64,000 nt of DNA from Haliotis rubra (taxonomy: Eukaryota): contig NW_025766956.1 in assembly GCF_003918875.1 (NCBI RefSeq), forward strand, positions 310,001 through 374,000. Direction: 5' to 3'. Under the pieces are notes generated by a model that saw only the letters and a list, made by a program, of their open reading frames with translations, was not told the DNA's origin and made no database searches. Shown here piece by piece: positions 25,901 to 38,600 of this stretch. A program made the translations under genes and the position numbers. Positions within the stretch are counted from its first letter, which is position 1. The number at the start of each line of letters is the position of its first letter.

Positions 25901-28249
25901 AGACAAGGACAACCTGGAGACCAAACTGAAAGTAGGGGCACCAATAGGACATCACAGAGCCAGGCTCATAGACATTACAGGTTGACGCTCATGGGAGGGT
26001 TACCACATACTGTGACATAGACATTATAGGGCCAGGCTCAAGAGAGGGTCACTTTATGGACATTATAGGGCCACAGTGAAGGAAATGTTTACACAATGTC
26101 TGAGTGTTTGATCCAGGTTGTAGACATTTCACTGTGGTGAAACCCATGATAAAGGGTATGGTGGTAACAAACCTGGAAACATAATGAAACCAATATCAGA
26201 ACCCATTGTAATACTTTTGTGGTTTTCCTGAGGGACTAAGGGATGCAACTCTGTCAATTTTCAGTTGGTTTGTGTGCTCACAGTTTGACTGTTGGTTGTT
26301 ACAGGAGAAGGAGAAGGAACTGGATATCAAGAACATATACAGTAACCGCGTGATGCGTGCCCCCCACAAGCTGCCTGCATCCTACGGGGGCACACCCCTA
26401 GACACACCTCCTCCTCCACGCAGGAGAGTGCCCTCTGTCGGAGAGATGACGGCTAGGGAGAAGGCCCGAATGTTTGAAATGAAGCGGAGGGAAGAGGCAA
26501 AGAAGGTGGGTCACCTACAGGGGATTGTTTTACCAGGCAGTTCTAATATTACTGGCCTAGACTTTGTTAAGTTATGTGGCGTAGCACAATAATTGCTTTG
26601 TTTAAATTAATCCCATGCTTCAGAACAATGAGGAGATAAGCATGTTGTGGTTTTAATGTAGCATTCTGTTGCCTGGTGATTGGATGAAATATTGAAACAA
26701 AGATGCAGTTTAGGTTTTCAAATGATAAATCTAGTAATGTCTAATCTACATCTACCATAGTTCTACATCAAGGACACAATATGTTCACCTCATTTCTACC
26801 ATGACCTATTTATGATGGGCTTAAGTATTCTGGCAGTTTGGTTATGAGCAGGGAATGTCAGTAGGAACATTTCTTGGAAGTGGGAATGCCATCTCCAAGT
26901 GCTGGAGGGTATCCTGTCAACTCTTAGTTGAATGTTCTTCTAAAGTTTAGACTCCAAACTTTTATATATTACAAGGGAACCCATTACAAGTCAGCCTTTG
27001 GGTCATCATCATTGTAAAAAGTACCAATTCTGTGATGTGGAGAAAGTCTTATGTAAAATGTATATCTCAATGACATTGTTGGTATTTCAGAACAAACCTA
27101 AACCTAAGCCCAAACAGGATGTGTTTGAAAACCGCTGGAACAAGGAAGGTGAGGAAAGGGATCGACTGGCAATGGAGGAGAAGGAGAGACGAGACCTGGA
27201 GAATAAGTACCTGCAGGCCAGGGAGGAAGAGGAGAGGAAGAGAGAGTGGCAGAGAGAGTTGGAGATGCAGCAGGATCAGGAACGACAGTTCGAGCAAGAA
27301 CAGGAGGACCTGCGGAGAGAACGTCAACGCATGAAGAGAGAGTCAGAAGACCTTCAGAGACGGGAGGCCAACAGGCAAAGAGAACAGCGTGAAAGGGAGG
27401 AGAGGGAGAGAAAGGAACAGGAGGACCGAGACCGCCAGTGAAAGAGATGAAAGGGACAGAATCGAGAGAGAAAATAGACTTAGGCGAGAGCTTAAAGAGA
27501 GAGAAGAAGAAATGGAAAGTCAGGCCCAAGCAGAGCGTGAGAGACTGGACAATGACCCTCGTGTGTTGGAGGAACGTAGGAAAAAGGAACTGCTGCTAGC
27601 CAGGTTGAAGGCTATAGATGATGGGTCAAAGGAAAATGTGAGCCCAGTTAATCACTCTCCCTATGGAGATGACAGCTCAACTCCTATAAGTAGAAAGAGT
27701 TACTCGTTTTCCAAGCCTACCGAGAATTTACATAATGGCAAGCCAGCATATGAGGAAGTGAGCGTTCCGTACATAGACAGGAGGAAACAGCAGCGGGCCC
27801 AAGAGGAGGATGCAGCTGGGTATAACCCATCATTTGCCAGGAGGTCAAGTGGCACCTCCAGCAAGAAGTTGGGCATCAACGAATCTCCCTCCAGGAAACC
27901 CAACAAAAAGTCTGCCCTAATGGATGAACTGTTTGGAAATCAGAGTGGAACCAATAAAAAAGATGACGATCTGTTCCAAACCATAGACTCAAGAAAACAG
28001 ACTACTAAGCGTTCGTCTGGCTTCCCTTGGGATGAAGACAGTACAAGTACGGCTACGGCATCCCGGCCACGGGAGAACTCTAGCACATTGTTTGGAGGTG
28101 GTGCTGCTCTTGTAGAGGATGATGGACCCTCAGATAAATCCAAACTGTTACCACGGCGACAGAGACACCAGTCCAGCACATTTAGTTCCAAACCTGCAGT
28201 GAGCGCAATTGACACATTTGAGGATGATATAGAGGAAGTCATGTTGTAG
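19931..28249 (+). CDS. LCA5: Lebercilin (LCA5/LCA5L family ciliary coiled-coil protein), with an apparent frameshift at ~27439
   Basis: Exons 19931-20024, 24861-25381, 25794-25931, 26305-26505 and 27091-28249, all GT-AG with compatible phases. Lebercilin motifs: QRMLSAGRIKINEL.N, ENKLLK..Q.RHEKAL.KYE, EKEKELDIKNIYSNR, KKSALMDELFG and C-terminal EDDIEEV. Possible extra exons 22450-22748 and 24495-24507. Confidence 0.9.
22450..22748 (+). CDS. Candidate alternative LCA5 exon (Ser-rich)
   Basis: TACAG acceptor in phase 1 (matches the upstream exon), open 299 nt, strong GTAAGT donor at 22749. Confidence 0.5.
23267..23501 (+). mobile_element. SINE-like retroposon (family B, structured non-tRNA head)
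   Basis: 11-bp TSD TCTTTCTGATT (23256-23266, 23502-23512), (AAAC)n tail, homologous to 50071-50314 and 58348-58559. Confidence 0.85.
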
Positions 28250-30179
28250 ACAGGTTGTGTATAGTACCAACACTACAGTGCCTCATCCCGGAACCTTCAT
28301 TTCAACATTGGCATCATCATACTACTTGAGAGATACTATTTTAATACAAGCATCTATAGCAATCACCTTCAGTTCTCACCACTCACTCAGCATCAGTCAC
28401 CACTTTTACTCCTGTGCTAGTTGATCTGTTGTCATGTTGTGCAGGTCAATCCTGGAATATCTCACTACACGCACTCCTTCCTAGAATCTCTTGTGGAGAA
28501 TTATCTATTTTGTTCTGAGTGTGGAATTCAATCAATGCTTCTCTTCCAGGTGATGAAACCCGGGTTTACAATGTCATACAATCATTCTTTGTTTGTTGTG
28601 TCCATTGTGGAAAATGAGTACACACACAGAACGCATGTCTGGTGGTTATATCTCAAGACTGAAGGATGAATGAACTTGAAAATGTGATGATTAATAACTT
28701 GACACATAAAGTATGTTTGAACCATACTTATATTTAAAAGCATGAGCCCTGGTACAAATAATTTTGTTTTGAAATTGTTGGAGCTTATTTACAAGCTTGA
28801 TCTTGTCTGTTTCTACAACTGGGAAACTTACCATTAGACACTCAACATCACAGACTGTATTAGTGTGTGTGGGGCTGCTGTGGTTCTGTGGTCTCTGTAT
28901 TGATCACTATGTCAACATTTACCAAAGATTTCAGGTGGTTATAACTAACAGTGTTATATCCATGATGTTTTAAGTTTTGTATTTTTGAAATATATTCAGA
29001 CTGTTAAAGAAATGTTAGATTTGAGATCCAGTGTCAAATATTATTGTATTTGGTCCTATTCCCAACAAATCAGAAAATGTTGGTAAACAATGAATTTGAA
29101 AAATCAAAATTTATACAATAAATTTGATACTTTATGTTACAAATTTTCATTGAATGTCTCATATGACATTAATTCATTTTCAGAAAATAAGACTTAAAAC
29201 AAAATCCATGGGTACTTAGGTTAAAATTGTAGATAAATCCATGATAATGATCACAGTAATAGGGTTTGCTTGAGGAACTGGGTGATAAATAGATTTGTAT
29301 TCCTGTGTGGAGAATGTGAAAGATGCTGTGATATTATGGTGAAGGAGTACAATGACGGATGTTATCTTTAGGCTGTGATATAATGTGCCTTCAAGGCTAA
29401 CTTTTTTGTTTTCAATGTTGAACAGAAGCAGTTTGTCCAAAAGTAATTTTTCTAGAACAAAATAGTCATTTTAATAAAACAAGACCACTTTTCATTCATG
29501 TTTTAGGACTTTACTTTGTTTTTGTGTTTAAGAGAATGGGGAAAGGGAAACAATGTTGAAAATATTGTGAGGGATACCTTGAGGCATATTTACTATAAGA
29601 ACTCTTGAAATACAGGATTTGTCAAAATTACAAACATTATTACAAATTCATTAATTAAAACTCACAATACATTTTGGGTATTTATCTGTCCATTTCAAAA
29701 TGTTTTGGGTCATGAAAAAATACAATGGTCTGACCTGCAAATAAATAGATTTTATTGCTATTGTAACTGTAATGGAGATTGTCTGTTCCGTCCATGGAAA
29801 GGGACTTTTTATGACCTAAATGTTTGTTATTTGTAAGATCTGTTACAGTGTTTGTTTGTTAATGTTTGTGCCATATCTGTGAACAATCAGTTTCATAGCC
29901 TCATATGCATTGTTTGTGGAAAAAACCACATTATTTTATTATGTATCAATTGCATTGGGCATAAATAGGACATGTAGAATATAGAATATGTTGAACCATC
30001 TCCTGTCACACTTGTAGTGTCAGGTGCAGTCTTACACAGGCCTCCATTGAAGACGCCCTGCAGTACTCACTGGTGACTTTGCTTCAGCTGTCAGAGGACC
30101 AGTCATCCAGCATGCTGACAACAGTTTGTGCTGTGAATTGATCCAAGGCTGGTAGACCAACATAGCTTGTGCTGCACAT

Positions 30180-30575
30180 TTGTGCTACAAGTTGACCCAA
30201 CAGGTTGGTTGACAGAACAGGGCTTGTGCTGCAAGTTGACCCAACAGGTTGGTTGACAGAACAGGGCTTGTGCTGCAAGTTGACCCAACAGGTTGGTTGA
30301 CAGAACAGGGCTTGTGCTGCAAGTTGACCCAACAGGTTGGTTGACGGACCAGGGCTTGTGCTGCAAGTTGACCCAACAGGTTGGTTGACGGACCAGGGCT
30401 TGTGCTGCAAGTTGACCCAACAGGTTGGTTGACGGACCAGGGCTTATGCTGGAAGTTGACCCAACAGGTTGGTTGACAGACCAGGGCTTGTGCTGCAAGT
30501 TGACCCAACAGGTTGGTAGGCAGACCAAGGCTTATGCTATGAGGCGACCCAGTTGGCTGGTAGGCTGACTATGAC
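30180..30575. repeat. 44-bp minisatellite, about 8 copies plus degenerate ends
   Basis: Unit GCTTGTGCTGCAAGTTGACCCAACAGGTTGGTTGACAGAACAGG recurs at 30222, 30266, 30310 and onward. Confidence 0.95.
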
Positions 30576-33500
30576 TTGTGCAGCAAGTGCTTCTGATGCA
30601 ACAGAGTACTGCCTCCAACACAGCAGACCCTTGACACCCAGTAGTTTGACCTTCAACCTCCCTACTAGTTTCTCTAGCTTATGGCCACAAACCTGTAGAT
30701 AATCATGAAGTTTTGCAAATTTTGGTGCAAATTAACTTTTACTTGAAGAAGGTTGTATATTTTCTAACAAATATATACAGTTGTAAAAAATGACTATTTT
30801 CTTATTTAAAGATTGATAAGTACAATGATGCAGTTCTTTGAAATGTGAGATAAATACTGTATGGCTGGAAGGTACCATGACCTTCACCCTGATCGGTAAA
30901 CAGTTATTAATTCATGCAACTGGACACTTGTGGTTTAGTTATATCATTTGTACAATGTCAACTTCAAAGGAAGGCCACTGTATGTGGATCTTGCTGCAGT
31001 GGAATATTGGTCTGAATTGTCACATGTACAATGACTGGCAACTACAGCAATTAGAGTATGACACAAATATATCCTACCAATACTTTACATGCCAGAAGAT
31101 AACACTGTCTTAATCATAGATAGTAAGATATATCATACTGATATATTGAGCTGTGTCATATCTCGGATATTGGACAGGTAGGATGTATCTGTCATGTCAT
31201 GTCACAGATATTGTTCTGTGTCATATCACATATATTGTACTGGTGGGATATGTCAGTATTATGACACATCACAGATATTGTACCAGTAGAAATTCAACCC
31301 ATACATGTTTCGATCTTACCGTTGATATGCGATTCATATGTTTCGTGGAATGTTTTCGAAATGAGTTCACAGTTAATGGTAAGTTACAAACCTGGTGTTT
31401 GTCACAAGACAGGGTTGTCATGGAAATGATGTCTGGAACAAATGTGTGTGTTCTTTCGTGTCCTCTGTTTTCCAGCATCGGGGCTGTTGATGTATACACT
31501 ATTTATTTGTCGGTTAGTATGAGTGATGCATAGTCAGGCCTATTTATTGATCTCATTCTGCAGCTATCATCCTAGTTTTGAATGTGTCACTGTATATGTT
31601 TGCATGGTGCTTCTGTCAGTGACAGTGTGAATGTTATCATAAGACCCTGCTAGATGTCTTTAATGAAAATAATTATATTGTCATAAAACATTATTATCTA
31701 TTTCCAAATACATACATAACATATACATTTTATAAGTATAGCAATACATGATACTATTATTATTTTACCAGTAACAGTGGTATGAGATTTTATTCAGATA
31801 TTTTACAATAAGATGGAATTTCAGTCAATGCATATTTATTTGTTAAATCATATTTTAACCATATGAATATATACTGGTATTTCTTTTTAGCACACTGCTG
31901 TCACTCTGTATAGAGTTTGTTATTGTATATTAAAGGTATGACTGGGGGTCTATATCTTTTAACTCTAGCAATGTGCACGGGTTTACCTTTTGCCACACTG
32001 ATTGCAAAACTGACTTTAGTTGTCATGGTTACCTTTACTCATACGGACAAGTATCAGAAGGGAGATAACTCATGAAACCGTGCCTCATCTTCGTCAGAAC
32101 AATAGAAATCACTATGTTCAGTATATATCAGTTAGTCATATATTGGGAGACTTGTGTGCTTTCCTAAATAACCTGTTCTGTCAAATGTTTGGAATGTAAG
32201 CATTCAGTAAATTAAGCCCAGACTGATTTTAAACTATTTTTTATGTGTAAATCTGCCATATTTCACATTATATAAATATTTTCAAATTATGGATATTTTG
32301 AACATATTCGTATTTTGTAACAGGTTCTTTTCACTTAGTATTTTTGAGAAAAATATATCAAGTCCATTGTTTTAATTACCTGATACAGTCTTTAAAATAA
32401 ACATAAAATTAGACCTGATGATACACATTGTCTGATGCTGGAGACTTTGGGTGATTATGTGATTACCTTCATTTTGTTGTGTGCGACAGGGAAGAGTGAC
32501 TGGTACATTGTGAGGAGAGGAATGACTGCTCTGTCTATCACTATATCTTCCAGGTATGTCATGGCCAATCTACACTCTGTAATAAACATTTACTTATCTA
32601 TATACATCTTGTGTTTGTTTTGGAATTGTCAGAGACAGATGCTCTTTCAGAGGTTTGTCCTGACATGCATTGCTTCGATCACTGATTACAGATAATCCCA
32701 GTTATGGGAGAAATCATTGATGAAAGTCATAGTTCAAATTTCAACATTTTTTGTTGAAAAAATTATTTTAAGATGTGGAGACCTCTTTGGATGAACACTG
32801 TATAGCAGTGTTTTCTCATGGGTTTTTAAACTGTGGTTGAGAAACCAATTTGCGATAAACTAGTATGAAACGTGTGAGATCTAATTCCTACTCTGTGAAG
32901 GGCTATACTTTGTGTGATGACCATGGGACTATTCATGACAGACAACTTACCTGATAGGTTTCTTGTGATTCAGTTTAATTCACCTGTAAGTGCCCAAACT
33001 TTTCGCGACAATAATTGTTCTTCTAGTGTGCATTATCAACATTACCACCTGAATAATCCACAGATATTGCGGAAACTTTTTGTGCAGGGTCACACTAGGT
33101 AAACAATAGGCAGGATGATCTTGTGTTATATATAAATGCACCACAGTGATCATGAAAGTAGATAAAAATATTCTTTAATTAATGATAAATTATGGTACCA
33201 TGTTAGGGTGTGTAAGAATCAGATTACTGCACATGTGCCTGTCAGATACCATACCCCTTACAACTCAAAATGTGTCTAGCTTGCTTTTACCTGCTTGACA
33301 CCTTTTGATAGATAATCAAACAGAGCGCAGATGGATATAAAAATATTTATTTTCAAGTGTCTGTTTACATTTCAATTAATTTGAATGGAACTTTGAAAAG
33401 TATCTTCCTCTACAAAGACAGGTTCGTATAATCAGATATACCAATGGTCACACATGCTTTCATCACATTATATTTCAGTATAATGCACATGATGTAGACC

Positions 33501-33625
33501 CTGTAACACACTCATGAAAACAGCAACCAGTAATTCTTCAATATGAATCTAACGACAGAAAAAATTTAAACTTACAACATTTTGCTTCTTTGAGTGTCAT
33601 TTTGGAAGTTGGGGATTACAATACT

Positions 33626-33685
33626 GACAAATGTTATGGATAACACACTCACAAAAGAAAGAAATTGTTATCCATAAAATTTGTC
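33626..33685. repeat. Hairpin formed by a very short Penelope 3'-tail remnant and its inverted copy
   Basis: 20-bp inverted repeat (19/20); loop plus right arm resembles the Penelope tail at 39879-39920. Confidence 0.6.
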
Positions 33686-35687
33686 TATATTGAACAACAT
33701 TTTGGTTGCACACTTACACTTCAATGTGTTTGGTACAAACAACCATATTGTTTTATATAAGCACATGAACCTATTCCAATTGTTATCTGCATAAATTTCA
33801 TTGTGCTAAATATCTTGAACAGTCTATTTCATAAGGCCTGACTAATTCCTTTTCTTGGACAAAGGATCTGTCAATCTGGTTTTGGAATATTACAAAAATA
33901 TGAAAAAAAAAGAAAAAGATTTTGGTCATAATACGAAGACGAAAAGTAAATCATCAGTTGATTTGTAAATGGAAGGGAGGCAACTCTTCTGCAGTTCAGA
34001 TATGTAAGTAGTTTTAGTGGATTACTGCTGTTCTCTGCCAGTCAAATCACTTCACTTAATTTGCATAATTGAAAATGAATCCTAAAATAGAACTTAAAAT
34101 ATATTGTTACCATAATAGATGCCAGAACACAGTACTGTTTATCACAATTTACAGTGCTAGAGCCAGACATAAGCATGAGTTTTGTTACCGTAATAAACAG
34201 ATAAATGATGGAAATATGTCGTCACTTCTACATCCTACAGGCAGGCTTAACGCTAGACCTTAGCAAACAGATTTAGGACAAGACACTTCTATGTAAAAAA
34301 TGATCATGCATTCATAGCACCAGCAAATAAAAACTTCAAATAAAATAATCACTGTTGACCATGACACTCTTTAACAAGTTTCAGAAATAGAGATACATGT
34401 CACCTGGTATCCAGAACACATCATGTGCTCAAAGAATGCACAACCATAAGGGGGTATCACCAGTCACCTACATGCACACGGTATACACACAGTTCAACCA
34501 CAAAATACTGTCTTACTGACAACTTTTTCTGTAGTATGAAATAAGATGGTTCAGTTTCCAATCCTTGATCCCTTGTAACAACCTGATATGGCACAGGGCT
34601 ATTTGTACACCTCAGATTTAATACACTGTCCTTTGATTCCCATCACAATATCACCATGAACATCTCCAAGTGTTTACCTTTGTCACTGAGAATACGCTGT
34701 CACATATTTTGTATTGCAAGCTTAGATCCAGCTGAATAGGGTGACTATAAATTCTGATGTGGTAACTCTGTGTACATCCCGTCACATCACCTGTAGCACT
34801 ACATGAGTACCAAATTGATTAAGATCTCTGATATGTTTACCTCTGCCTTAAATATCAGACACCCCCACCATGGGTGATTGCCTTAGAGGAATGTGTTAAC
34901 CAGCCAATCAACATTCTAAGTGCGTGGAATGACTGAGCAAAGCATTCAGACCCAGACATCAAATTTCAGTATTTCCAAAACAATCATGAATGTGCTATTA
35001 TGTTGTAGTGGCTACACATTGCTGTTTCCGATCACCATACATCTACACCCAAGGAAGAGTACCATTAAAGTAAAGAAATTTAGCAGAATCTTTTACAAAC
35101 CTAACATCGGAAAGCTAACATCTGAAAGCCACACATCCTTCATTTGTATTGGGTGATAATATTTCACTCAGGGATCATTTGACGTAATCTCCGATGGAGA
35201 CTTTATGAGACCTTATCACAGAAAAGTATTCCATCGAACTAAATATCTGATTGAAATAAATTGACCTACTTCGTTGACTCATGGTCCACAGACCTAATAA
35301 ATCTCACACTACACAACCCCCTTCCAACTGGTGCAGGGGATGAATAAAATAACAAAAACTTGCATCTGAAAAACACTTGTCTTGTGTCATTATTTGGTCC
35401 CTCTCTACAGCAACCTTTGATCCACACAGCTACACATGCAGATGCAAACTTAACAAACTACTAGCCAAAAGCACTATCATTCAGTCAAATGTCATTCTGA
35501 CAAAGACAGCCACTATTGCACAGCCCCAAGCTAAATGCTGTCAATCTGACTCCTCAACACAACCATAGGACAGTCCAGTGGTCATCAGTGAACTTGTGAA
35601 GGAGTTTGTCCCCACAACTGGTCACATATCCAAGGACTGCAGTCTTATGGGTCAGAATATTGGTTCTGTGGTAGGAATCAGGGCTCC

Positions 35688-38600
35688 TCACACCCCTATC
35701 AGTCTTCGAGCTCGGAACACCACGGTGCTGCAGACCAATACCCAGCAGGCTATGCCAACCCCGCCTGGAAACAAATAACAGAATACCTGCACTCAAAGTT
35801 TCCTTAGAATAATTTCATTGTTGATTTCAAGCTTTGAACAATGGAAGAAGTTGGGTTTAACACTTATTTGAATAATATTCTGGTGTGCCAAAGGGAGGTG
35901 ACTCTGCACAGGGAATTGTGGCAGCATGGACAACTGCACCACTGGTGTCCCTCTGAACAATAGAGGGGTAGAAATGACATCTTCACTGAAAAGAATCATC
36001 TTGGCAAAATGGTCCTTAATCTTCCTTTAAAGGGGAAACAAAGCTTTACTGTCTAGTAAAAGAATTCATGAATGATGGATGTACAACAGACAACAACTCA
36101 AGACAAACACTATAATTTTTAGTATAACTAAGAGAATCAGCGAGAATCAAACCTGGAATTCCTGTAGGGAAGGCGACAATTCGACTGAAGGGGAAGAAAT
36201 ATGAGGATGGCAGCTCTAGTAAAGGCTCATTTCGGTACGTCAAGACCAGACTTAACATTGTCAGAGCCTGAAACATACATATAGCACTCCCTGAAACATT
36301 TATATGCACGAACAATACTGCCAATGGTCCGAACATGCTAAGAGACAAGGATAGTACTCACTAACACATATATATTATTTCGTACAATATTCAGACTGTG
36401 ACAGATAATTTCAGGCATATTTAAAGAGTCTTATTTAAAATGTGACAGAAACATGACACAGTATATCAAATCAGATAACTGATACGATAGAAAAAGAAAT
36501 CTACTTGATTATATGACAAGGTCTGTGGATATTGGCTCTTGGACATGTGTGAAACAGTGCATAAATATTCAACATGTATATATATCAGCAGCTGATATTA
36601 TGTCCATCAGTTAATATGGCATAATTGATGCATAAATATTCAACATGCATATATATATCAGCAGCTGACAAAAATGTACATTAGCCCATAATCAATTGCA
36701 TGAATTGTTTACTCACATGAACAACATGGATGGCCATCTTGATGCCCACTTTCAACATGGTCAAACGCTGGGATCTTGAGCTTCCTGAATTAGAAGATGG
36801 CAGGATAATGTTATCACTTATCAAGAGCCTAGTGTCCATCAGTTAATATGGTATAATGGATGCATTAATATTGTAAACAATATTGCTTTCAGATCAGCAT
36901 ATGTTTAACATGATAATCATGATAATGATATAACATGGATAAATAACATAACTTAGTTAAATTTTCATTTATCAAATATTACATAAGTTATATGTGTATG
37001 GTAAAAATATATGAAAGGTACAACCACACTTTACATGTCTTATTCATCTTCACATATTTCTGTAATATTGATCTACCTAGTTGCTTAAGCTGCCCCATGA
37101 TCTTGTCAATTTTGCGTTGTATCTTCATGTAACGTGCAAACTCGTCAGCCATATTCACAGACTCCTGGTCCGACTTGAGGTCCCTGACTTGTGACCTGAG
37201 ATCTAGTTCCTCATTGCTCAGTCTAAACACCTTTTTCCCAATCTACAACAAAACATAAACAGATTGTGACAGGAAAAAAGTATAAACATGTACAACATAA
37301 TCTAAGAACAAGCTGTAAAGATAATAATGCTGAAACATTATCTTCTTCATGATGTTACACACAGCAAGTGGTTGCATAATGGCTCCCCATGTCAACCACA
37401 AACAACTAAAACTGGGTTTCGTAAAAGTGTAATGTGCCAATACCTTTTAGTTTTCATTTTAACATACCCAAAACAAAAAATCTTTTACGATCTTTATCCA
37501 TTTATTTTGGGAATGTGATGTTACTAAGAACTTTGGGGATAAAGTTTTGAAATGGATAGACCAGTGTGGTCGTGTATGCAATATGAAGCTAAGTGCTAGA
37601 TGTATACTATGTGTAGTTCATGAAAACATAATAACAGACAAGGTTTTTTATTTCATTTTGCTTTTTCAAGAATTTTTGCATTTACAAATGCAAATTTCAA
37701 AACTTATTTTAGTAGATTTGTACAGGAAATGAACATGAGATACAATATAGAAAAGGACATAGCTTTTAGAAACAGTGATCAACATAAGTTCTAACAGGCT
37801 TGAATGTTGTATCATGTACTTTTGCATCATTGAGCAATAATCAAGATCATTAAATATATATTTAACATGTGATATCTGAGGCCAGCTGATTCCTATCGAA
37901 GTTGTGTGTAAATGTAGGTGTGTAAGTATGTGAATGAGTGTTTGTCCTAATTGAAAAACCTTCTTCCTCTGTACATCCTTTAAACACCCATGTAAACACA
38001 ATATTAAATGAACTTCATGCTGTGGAACTCACATTACTCTGGGTGTGAGCTAACCCATATGCAACAGGAAGGGTGAAATAAAATATGTACAACCAAAAAA
38101 GCATCATATTTTTCTATATTATATTTTGAAACACTGCAAACCAGTTTCGGCTTCACAGGGTTGATTCCAGGTCCATGTTAATAATGAAATCACTTGCTAT
38201 TTCTCTATCTCACAATGAAATATGTATCACACTACATGTGACTACAGTAAATATAATAATGATTAATGACACACACTACATACTTCATTGTGATAGGAAT
38301 TGTTTTAACTCGAGCGTGTGTGCAAACGATAATTTCTACTTCAGTCTTCCACTTTAGCCATGTCATCATGACTGACTTCTGAGTCCAAGATCCGCGGACA
38401 TCACCAACCCAGGTCCAATCATCAGCTACGACGTTGTGGACCTATTCACCAATGTACCACGGGATGAAGCCCTTCAAGCACTACGTCACAGCCTCTCAAC
38501 ACCAGCCTCTCTACCGACTCTATCATCAGCCTCACCTCCGCCTGCATCAACTCCACCTACTTCACCTGGGGCGATGCCATCTATGAGCAAATCCACGGAC

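Noticed and set aside
24893-28242. Minus-strand ORFs overlapping LCA5 exons
   Set aside because: Antisense shadows of codon-biased coding sequence, with no recognisable motifs or splice logic
27389-28249. Separate 286-aa gene or programmed ribosomal frameshift
   Set aside because: It is the LCA5 C-terminus in the +1 frame; no ATG at the ORF start and no slippery heptamer at the junction
30084-30528. Three overlapping ORFs and a CRISPR-like look of the 44-bp repeat
   Set aside because: Units are contiguous with no unique spacers, there are no cas genes and the context is eukaryotic; the ORFs are by-products of a stop-free repeat unit
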